A stretch of DNA of 64,000 nt from Eledone cirrhosa. Lineage: Eukaryota. Below the pieces are notes generated by a model. That model did no database searches. It had not been told where the DNA came from and saw only the letters and a program-made list of their open reading frames with translations. The stretch lies in assembly GCA_964016885.1 (NCBI GenBank), contig OZ024747.1:22754001-22818000 (forward strand). Reading direction: 5' to 3'. A program made the translations under genes and the position numbers. Positions within the stretch are counted from its first letter, which is position 1; the number at the start of each line of letters is the position of its first letter. Below, in pieces: positions 52,927 to 64,000 of this stretch.

Positions 52927-53627
52927 ACAACTGAATATACATTTATATATATATGTACATGCATACATATATATACATAGACTCTCACACACACATATGC
53001 ATACACGCGTATATCTTTGTGTGTGTGATTGAGTGCGTGTGTATGCATATATATATATATATATATATATATTTGGCAGTCAGTTATTTGCCTGCGTTTC
53101 TAGAAGGAACTCTGAGTAATATCCGTCCATGAGTTTTATTGGCTGTTAAACTACTAATGTATCATATCATATGTGTATATATATATATATATAGATATAT
53201 ATACACACACACACACACGAATATGCATATATATGTATATATACATAACCAAATAGCACTGGACAAAGTGCATATATTTATTTTATCGTTTATCATTAAA
53301 TCGTTCACACCAAAAATATCTCTGTTCATCTTTTCTTTTGTGCATCTATCAATACATATACATGTCCCCATGTATTGTATGTTCCATGTACCGTATGTAC
53401 CATGTACCATATGAACCATGTACCAAGTAGCATGTTATGATTGCTGGGTGATGAAGTGGTAGAAATCCTAGTAGAAGGAAGCCTCAGTTGTGGAAGATCA
53501 AGGAAGACCTGGGTGGAAGTAATGAGAGCTGAAGCTCATCAAAGAGATGAAGGAATACAACAAGTAGAGGGTTGCTGTGCTGAAAAATACCTGTCTAAGC
53601 TATATAAGTATAAAAAAGCAGACATGT

Positions 53628-53977
53628 GGAGGCACATGGCTTAGTGGTTAGAGCATTGGCCTTGCAATCGAAAGGTTGTGAGTTCAATTCTCAGACCGGG
53701 TGATGTGTTGTTTCCTTGAGCAAGACACTTTATTTCACATTGCTCCAGTTTACTCAGCTGTAGAAATGAAATGAAAGGACTGGGGTCCATATCATTCCAC
53801 TGCAAAGTGGTCGTGGAGGTGCCACGGCAAAAAAGCACCCAGCACTCGCTGTAAATGAGGTTGATGTTAGGAAGGGCATCCAGCTGTAGAAATCAAGCCA
53901 GAATCAGTTCCCGTCCCACCCCTTTCAAGCAAGGAAAAAGCGGACGTAAAATGAAATGAAAAATGATGATGATGATG
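53628..53977 (+). mobile_element. tRNA-headed SINE, family B (full copy)
   Basis: Near-identical to 20563-20895. Confidence 0.8.
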
Positions 53978-54259
53978 GTAGTAGATGAGTGAAAGAATGT
54001 TACAGAGGGTGAGCAGTATGAGGAAGAAGGATTAGACAGTGTGTAGAACATCTACTGTACCATTATAAGTTGTTTTTAGATTTAAACATACAAATCTTTA
54101 TTTATTTATTTATGTTTTAATTGTAAGCACTTGTCTGTAAAATGAGAGTTAGAACAATTTTTTCAGTTTGATAGCCTAAGAAAAGGAGACCACACAGAGT
54201 TTCTAAACTATGGCTGAGTACATTCAGTGACATAACCCAATCAGTCACTCTGCTTTCTT

Positions 54260-55565
<1,306 letters not shown>

Positions 55566-55616
55566 AAAATAAAGTTAAATAAAAAGTCAAACGTTTAAAA
55601 TTTAGCTTCGTTTATT

Positions 55617-55671
55617 ACTGCTATATATATTTCAGTGACAGCCATCTTTGGCTGTGACCTCTTCAGGCAGT
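55617..55671 (-). ncRNA. Type I hammerhead ribozyme motif
   Basis: Minus strand: ACTGC CTGAAGA GGTCACAGCC aaagat GGCTGTCACT GAAA TATATA TA GCAGT. Confidence 0.75.
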
Positions 55672-56065
55672 CTGAATTATTGTGGTATAGACAAGTACAT
55701 ATGTTGTTGAGGTGTATAATTTTGTCAATACTCTGATATGCCCAGTTCCTGGTTGGGTTGTTATTTCACTGAGGAACATATGAATTCAATTTCACTGGAA
55801 TCATATGAATTCAAACAAACGAATTTCAGTGTCAAAGGGCCTCTTCTCCTCTCATTGGTCAGTTGTTAGAACATTCCTCATTATAAGTGTTATTATTGTT
55901 GGAGTTAGCTTAAAAAATTGATAAAGTGGTAGAAGGAACAAGGTCAAGTGCTCCAGCCTGCATACTGAGGTGTTGGTATACAACCAACATATACTCAAAA
56001 TCTCTCTCTATATATATATGTGTGTATATATGTAAGTATATATACATATATATATATATAGAGAG

Positions 56066-56602
56066 AGAGAAAATTGAGGTTGGTAATGGCACATGGAATA
56101 TATAAGAGACAGAATACTTTTTTGTGAAAAAACATAATTTTATAAGGTAAGGAAATAATAAAGGGTATAAAAAATGACCGGTTTCGATGGGTCTGCAAAA
56201 GCCATCTTTTCAAATGTTGATTAATATTAAGAAAAGTTAAAATTTGAGATTTGAAAATTCAAGTATAGAATTCATTGTGGGATTTCATAGTAGTTTTCAT
56301 CTTGGTAGCAACTCGTTGACTGCTTCTGGTAGTGAACGAGTTGCTACCAAGATGAAAACTACTATGAAATCCCACAATGAATTCTATACTTGAATTTTCA
56401 AATCTCAAATTTTAACTCTTCTTATTATTAATTTTTCTTAATATTAATCAACATTTGAAAAGATGGCTTTTGCAGACCCATCGAAACCGGTCATTTTTTA
56501 TACCCTTTATTATTTCCTTACCTTATAAAATTATGTTTTTTCACAAAAAAGTATTCTGTCTCTTATATATTCCATGTGCCATTACCAACCTCAATTTTCT
56601 CT
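56066..56602. repeat. ~250-bp-arm palindrome with a hammerhead-like motif in each arm
   Basis: 56066-56317 is the reverse complement of 56335-56602; TTGAAAA GATGG..CCATC GAAACCGGTC at 56455-56492. Confidence 0.88.
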
Positions 56603-56633
56603 ATAACCTTCGTTTTGTGTAGAAAATTACACT

Positions 56634-56679
<46 letters not shown>

Positions 56680-56741
56680 ATATATATATGTATATATATA
56701 TAATATATAAGATCAAAAGATGGTTAAAAGAGTTCCATGTA

Positions 56742-56808
56742 TTTTATTATGTGCATTTCAAAAACAAATATCATCATGCAATAACATTTGTGTTTTCATC
56801 AGATAAAA
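56742..56808 (-). ncRNA. Inverted sister copy of the 55088 hammerhead
   Basis: 56727-56838 is the reverse complement of 55057-55169; helix III reads TGCACA instead of TGCGCA. Confidence 0.65.
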
Positions 56809-56901
56809 TAAGAAGACATGATATGAAGGTTAAAAAACACACATATATATATATGTGTGTATATATATATGTATATATACATATATATATATGTGTATAT
56901 A

Positions 56902-56932
<31 letters not shown>

Positions 56933-56973
56933 GTGTGTATATATATATATATACATATATGTGTGTATATATA

Positions 56974-57020
<47 letters not shown>

Positions 57021-57168
57021 GTGTGTATATATATATGTATATATACATATATGTGTGTATATATATATACATATATACATATATATACATATATATATAT
57101 ACATATATATACATATATACATATATATACATATATATATATACATATATATACATATATATATATAC

Positions 57169-57199
<31 letters not shown>

Positions 57200-57301
57200 C
57201 ATATATATACATATATATATATATATATACATACATATATATATACATACATATATATATACATATATATATACATATATATATACATACATATATATAT
57301 A

Positions 57302-60300
57302 CTCTTTTACCTGCTTCAGCCATCCGGCTGAGGCCATGCTGGGGCACCGCCCTTGTTGCTACACATTTTATCTCCAGCCTGTATAGGTTGGCCACTGGTG
57401 TAAGAGGGAGTTTGTTGCTGCTGCCCTTAGGTTTCCCTTGTGTCTTGCTGTGGGCTCATCGGGGATCCTGGATAACAAGGTGTCGAGATGTTTCTTAAAG
57501 ACATCCACCTCCACGTCATGCAAGTCTCTCAGATCCCTCGGCAGCCTGTTGAAGAGTTGAGGGCCCTTGAATCCCAGGCTATTGCAATACCTGCTCCTTA
57601 TTCTAGATGTGGAAGACACAGTGACGTCCTGTTCGACGGTTGGTCCAGCTCCCAATGCCAAAGTTTGGTGCTAGTCCCTCCAGGATTTTCCACATGTAGA
57701 TCACTGCGTATCTCTCCCGTCTTCGCTCCAAGGAGTAGAGTTTCAGTTCCTTTAGCCTCTCCCAGTAGCTTGTCTCCCTCATCTTGGCAATCCTCTTGGT
57801 GTAGCTTCGCTGGATTGCCTCAAGCTCGGTGGTTAGTCTGACACTATGGGGTGACCACAACTGGGAGCAGTAGTCCAGGCGGCTTAGGACAAAAGTCCTC
57901 CACAGTGTCAACATGGTGTCTCGATCTCTTGTCCGGAAAGTCCTCAAGATCCAGCCAGCAAGTCGTCTGCACATTGTCGCCACTTTCATGATGTGTGAAG
58001 AAAAAGATGCATCATCGCTCATGTCTATGCCCAGGTCTCGTATCGATTTTGACACGGGGATATCGGTCCCTCCTGGTCCTGTGTAGCTGTGTTCCACTAT
58101 ATTTGTGTTTGCAGGTTTGTATTGTAGGGCTTGGAATTTGCCAGCATTAAACTGCATGTTGTTTTCTTCCGCCCATTTGTATATGGCATCCAGATCCTGC
58201 TGTAAAAGGGCAGCGTCAGCCGGGTTTTTGATTGCCTGTGGTTTCATAGTGTCATCAGCATAGCTAGTGAGGGATGTTGTTGCATGCACCACAGAGGGCA
58301 TGTCCGAGAGAGCCACCAAAAACAGTAGTGGTCCCAGGACTGTCCCCTGGGGCACCCCACTTGTTATCGGTGTTTCCATCGAGAGGGCCCCATTTGCTGC
58401 AACTGCCTGGCTTCTGTACCTTAGGAAGCCATGCAGCCACTCACCTACTTTTCCAGTTATGCCGAGTCCGTGTAGTTTGTGACATATCATTCCGTGGTCG
58501 ACCTTGTCAAAGGCCTTCGCAAAGTCAAGATATATCACGTCCACATGTGAGCTGTCTAGTAGTTGTCTCAGTACCCAGTCGTAGTGATGTAGCAGCTATG
58601 TAAGGCAGCTTCTTCCTGGGCGGAAGCCATGTTGCGTGCTCGTCAGGCGGCCATTTTCCTCGAGGAAAGTGATTAGTTTCTTTCTGACGACTCGCTCCAT
58701 GACCTTACTGATATGCGACGTGAGGGAGACTGGCCTATAGTTCTTGGCCTCCGCTCTACTACCTCCTTTATGGATAGGGCATATTGTGCCTTCTTTCAGC
58801 TCCTTCGGTAGTACACCGCTAGCCAAGGAGCTTCTGAAGAGCATCTTCAGTGGAGTTGCTAAGGCCCGCTTACATATTTTTAAGAGAACTGCTGGGAATC
58901 CATCAGGTCCAGCAGCCGAGTCTGTTCTAATTTCATCAATGGCGTACACCACATCCTCCTCCGTTATGTCTATGTGGTTGATGGTTGCCATTTCTTGATG
59001 TAGTGTTGTGGCATCAAAGAACTCCTCTGGCTTCGTTATTTGCATGTGCCTCAGTGGACATGTGAACACACTTTTGTACTGTTCGTTCAGTATTTCACAT
59101 ATGTCTTGGGGGTTTTCGGTTAATGAACCGTCCGTGTGGAAGAGTGGCCCAATCTTGCAGTGTACTGAGGCAGTTTCTTTTGCAAATTTAAAGAAGGCCT
59201 TAGGGTTTGTTTTAATGTTTTCTATGGCCCTGTTCTTTTTCTTTGCCCTCTCATTCTCATGAGAAAGTTTGAGTGCAATCTCGGTGTCAAGTAGTGCACG
59301 TTTCAAATAGGATTCCTTCTTGTTTTCGTTTTGTTGACTATTCAACTGCTCCGGGACAAACTTTTTGCATATAGTGTGTATCGTTGTCATGAAGTGTTGA
59401 AATTGTGTGTTAGTGTCTTGTGTGGCGGTGTTTTCACTCCATGTTTGCTTCCGGATTTCACTCTTAATCTTTTTCCAGTTAGCCTTGTAGAAGTTAAGGT
59501 TGGATAGCGTCCCGGAGCTTCTTGGTGGTTTTGTCTCTGTTGGTTCTCTTGGACCACATATCATTAGCTCTACTAAGTTATGATCCGAGAGAATTGTTGG
59601 TGTCACCTTTACATTGTGGATGAGCACTTCGTTGTTTGTAAAACAGAGGTCCAGGACATTTTCGCCTCTTGTTGGGAGGAAAATTGCTTGCTCCATGAAC
59701 AGCCTGTGTGTGAGGGCCAGCAGGGATTCCGTCTGTCTCTGTTCTATTGACGTCATTCCAGGGAGGAGGTGGCCCTCAGGCCATTTGACCTTTGGTAGGT
59801 TGAAGTCTCCCAGCAGTAGGATGTTGAGACCCTGGTCCAGTTTGTCAAGGACCTCTTCTATCCTACTTAGGCTATCCTCAAATTTACCCTCATGACTGGG
59901 GACATCGGGCGGCCGATATGTGACACATATTACTGTCTGTAGTTGCTTCATATGTATTATCAGTGTGCCACAGACTGAGTTTGAATGTGTCAACAGTACA
60001 ATTGGTGTGACATCTTCACGGATATACAGAGCAACCCCACCATGAGTTCTCTCCTTCCTGTCCGAACGAAATACAGTATATTTCGGTATATGTATTTCTG
60101 CATCTGCTATACTGCTTGTCAGGTGCGTTTCGGTTAGTGCCATGCATAGTGCTTGATTGCTTATGGCTAAGTCTCCCAGGTAGGAAATTTTACTCATGTT
60201 ACTCAGTTTCACCAGGCCTCTGACATTCAGCAGCAGCACTGGTGTGACTTTTGGGGTGCCAGTAATGGCTGTCGGTATGACACCTGGTCTGGTGTCAGCG

Positions 60301-60308
60301 GCGGCCAT
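57302..60308 (-). mobile_element. CR1-like LINE ORF2 (APE + RT), disabled, inserted in a TA-rich microsatellite
   Basis: LNVRGL, LTETHL, GGVALY, YRPP, GDFNLP, LDL..SDH (APE); [52 protein letters not shown] (RT). In-frame TAG at 58596-58598 and a frameshift near 57610. Confidence 0.88.
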
Positions 60309-60360
60309 ACATACATATATATATACATATATATATATATATACATACATACATATATAT

Positions 60361-60393
<33 letters not shown>

Positions 60394-60398
60394 CATAC

Positions 60399-60431
<33 letters not shown>

Positions 60432-60512
60432 CATACATATATATATACATACATATATATATACATACATATATATATACATACATATATATATACATAT
60501 ATATATACATAC

Positions 60513-60543
<31 letters not shown>

Positions 60544-60558
60544 CATATATATATATAC

Positions 60559-60605
<47 letters not shown>

Positions 60606-60777
60606 CATATATATATATACATATATATATATACATATATATATACACATATATATATACACATATATATATACACATATATATATACACATATATATAT
60701 ACACATATATATACATACATATATATATATACATACATATACATATATATATATATATACATACATATACATATATA

Positions 60778-60815
<38 letters not shown>

Positions 60816-60819
60816 CATA

Positions 60820-60857
<38 letters not shown>

Positions 60858-61145
60858 CATATATATATATACATACATATATATATATACATACAAATAT
60901 ATACATACAAATATATACATATATATATATATATATACATATATACATACATATACATACATATATACATACATATACATACATATACATACATACATAT
61001 ATATATATATACATACATATATACATACATATACATACATATATATATATACACATATATATACATACATATATATATATATACATACATACATATATAT
61101 ATATATATGCATATATATATATATATAAAGATATATATATATATG
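60309..61145. repeat. (TA)n/(TACA)n microsatellite
   Basis: Direct reading; similar tracts at 56840-57300 and 62060-62725. Confidence 0.95.
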
Positions 61146-62057
61146 AGAGACGTAAAATAAGAAAATTATAAAATTAACTTACTTACTAAAATTTCACTCC
61201 CAACTAATTAGTTTCTGAAATGGAATAAATATACTTTCCGAAGAAAATATAGAGAATCATTTCGTCGTCAGGGAAGACTATTCTCAGCTAAGTATCCAGG
61301 CAAAGCGTGGGCTCTGGAAACTTATTCAAAAATACTTCAGTTGGCCAATATTGCTCGACAAATAATTTGGAGATAATTATAAAGAATTAATATCTAGTAA
61401 CACATATATTGACGTCTCTCATATTATTGTTCTGCAACCACATGCATTGAACCACAAAGTTACTAAGACAAAACCTATATATTTGCTAGCATTGATATGC
61501 ATCTGTATGTATATATATGTTACTAGATATTAATTCTTTATAATTATCTCCAAATTATTTGTCGAGCAATATTGGCCAAGACTGCTGCTATGGTAGCAGG
61601 CAGGCCGCTGTCTTATTAACAAACCACTTTCCACTGATTGACCTCGATATCACGTGATTGATTCTTTTTGAATTTGCCACCGACGCAGAGGCAGTGATTT
61701 TCTCAGTGGCTAGGAACTCAGTCCACGCTTTGCTATTTTCTATCCACTGAATTATTTTTGAATAAGTTTCCAGATTCCACGCTTTGCCTGGATACTTAGC
61801 TGAGAATAGTCTTCCCTGACGACGAAATGATTCTCTATATTTTCTTCGGAAAGTATATTTATTCCATTTCAGAAACTAATTAGCTGGGAGTGAAATTTTA
61901 GTAAGTTAATTTTATAATTTTCTTATTTTACGTCTCTCATATTATTGTTCTGCAACCCCATGCATTGAACCACAAAGTTACTAAGACAAAACCTATATAT
62001 TTGCTAGCATTGATATGCATCTGTATGTATATATATGTTACTAGATATTAATTCTTT

Positions 62058-62060
<3 letters not shown>
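61141..62060. mobile_element. Hammerhead-bearing non-coding element: 518-bp unit + 131-bp direct repeat + inverted arm
   Basis: 61412-61542 is repeated at 61930-62060; ~61141-61400 is an internally deleted reverse complement of the unit; (TA)n on both sides. Confidence 0.8.
61197..61276 (-). ncRNA. Type I hammerhead motif with a long cUUCGg-capped stem II
   Basis: Minus strand: CTTCC CTGACGA C GAAATG..tatattttc TTCG gaaagtata..CATTTC A GAAA CTAATTAG TT GGGAG; the + copy at 61811-61890 has GCT at the cleavage triplet. Confidence 0.7.
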
Positions 62061-62104
<44 letters not shown>

Positions 62105-62281
62105 CACATATATATATATATATACATATACACATATATATATATATATACATATACACATATATATATATATATACATATACACATATATATATACATA
62201 TACATATATATATACATATATATATACATATACATATATACATATACATATACATATATATATATATACATATATATATAC

Positions 62282-62314
<33 letters not shown>

Positions 62315-62327
62315 CATATATATATAC

Positions 62328-62374
<47 letters not shown>

Positions 62375-62381
62375 TATATAC

Positions 62382-62428
<47 letters not shown>

Positions 62429-62435
62429 TATATAC

Positions 62436-62514
<79 letters not shown>

Positions 62515-62521
62515 TATATAC

Positions 62522-62556
<35 letters not shown>

Positions 62557-62557
62557 C

Positions 62558-62622
<65 letters not shown>

Positions 62623-62687
62623 TATACATATATATATATATACATATATATATACATACATATATATATACATACATATATATATAC

Positions 62688-62725
<38 letters not shown>

Positions 62726-63019
62726 GGTGGCTGCCAACTCGATTTCGAGTACGGCGACTACTTTATATCCATGTAGGAGAACTCCTACCGATGCGCTAAA
62801 CAAGTGTGACTTTTTAGTCCAGCCAGCGACTTGAAAACTCTGGTACAAAGACTACACATGTGACAATGATTGATACATAGTGCTGGGCCCATGGTACCAT
62901 GTTATGACAAGTGCAGAGAGATCTCCAGATATAAAGCAATGCCTGTGCCGTGAAGCTTTTATAGATGATATTTACCAAAAAGAAGAACAAGTCAACATCA
63001 TTGGATACCATCAGGGTTG

Positions 63020-63290
63020 CAGGTGTTATATCAGAGTTTTCCTTCTCCTAGAATTCTGCCTTGACAAAGGCTAAGGGGTCATCTCTCCCGATGATTTTGG
63101 ATGGCTATTGACTCTTAAGAGCCCCTTTGCCTTTTGACAGGTTTTGTTTTTAGTCCTGCAGGATGTCCAAAGTCCCCCTCCTCACCAAGAAACCTTGGTA
63201 GGGTTGCCAGTTTAGTCGCCAACGACCCGACGATGGGACAGGTTGTACTGGGATACATGTTACCAGTAGCACCAACTGGTGACCTGATAC
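63020..63290 (-). mobile_element. Probable isolated 5' UTR of an RTE-clade LINE
   Basis: Minus strand ..gtcgttggcgactaaactggcaaccc.. and ..ctaggagaaggaaaactctga.. resemble RTE leader motifs as I recall them; no ORF attached. Confidence 0.4.
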
Positions 63291-63304
63291 ATATATATAT
63301 ATAT

Positions 63305-63385
<81 letters not shown>

Positions 63386-63389
63386 TATG

Positions 63390-63420
<31 letters not shown>

Positions 63421-63421
<1 letters not shown>

Positions 63422-64000
63422 CACTGATGAAGGACTAACTTTATTCATATGTAACCCGTTAGCAACCACGCAGCACGTTTATTCTCATATTTACACATAT
63501 TTTTTCCCCCGCTGTGACCCGTCTATTTCGTTCTTACTGCTTCCTCTTTCTCTGTATCTTTACCCTCTCTAACAGTCATTCTCTCTGTTAGCCTCTTCCT
63601 CACCCTTCACTCACTCACTCTCTGTTACTACCTCTCCCCCTCCTCCTTCTTCCCGTTTGACCTGTGCGTAATTCTTTTCTTTCGCACGCTTGGTCAGGCA
63701 GGTCGCTTTTTTTCTCTCTCTCGTCTACGATTTCACAGAACTTATGTTCACCGAATTCACAGACTAGATCCCTTCTTCCTCCCGTTAGACCTGTACGGAA
63801 TTCCTTCCTTGCTTACATTCCAACCAGGTTTGATGGTCTTTATTCTCTCTCGTTCACGATTTCACCGAACTTATATTCATGGAAATTTGGGACTTGACTC
63901 CTTCTTCCTCACTTTTCGTTGCTTCACCATCTTTGTTTGTTTACACTCGTGTTCCTTTTTATTTACGTGTCCCAACGACTTTTTTTAGCCGTTGCTCGCA
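63421..64000 (+). repeat. Diverged relative of the 9679-10658 element family, running off the window
   Basis: Starts after (TA)n with cactgatgaaggact; shares tcttactgct and ctcttcctcac..ttcactcactcact blocks. Confidence 0.6.

Overview
Eukaryotic, AT-rich, microsatellite-dense genomic DNA. The repeat families suggest an octopus-like coleoid cephalopod, but that taxon call is an inference. The + strand carries the 3' part of a WDR35/IFT121 (IFT-A complex) gene: 26 GT-AG exons from 974 to the stop at 52779 that join in phase to about 1014 aa, with the N-terminal exons lying upstream of the window. Introns and the 3' flank contain a near full-length but disabled RTE LINE with a PHD-like finger, several RTE fragments, an R4/Dong-type remnant, a CR1-like LINE, a Penelope-like GIY-YIG fragment, tRNA-headed SINEs, TTAA MITEs, a non-autonomous Helitron and minisatellites. 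The most interesting signal is a set of short non-coding elements inserted in (TA)n tracts. They show ~0.5-kb units with partial direct repeats and inverted (palindromic) arms, and carry minimal type I hammerhead ribozyme motifs, several of which look intact by eye and two of which have a compensatory U3-A8 core. All structures were read by hand; nothing was folded or searched computationally.
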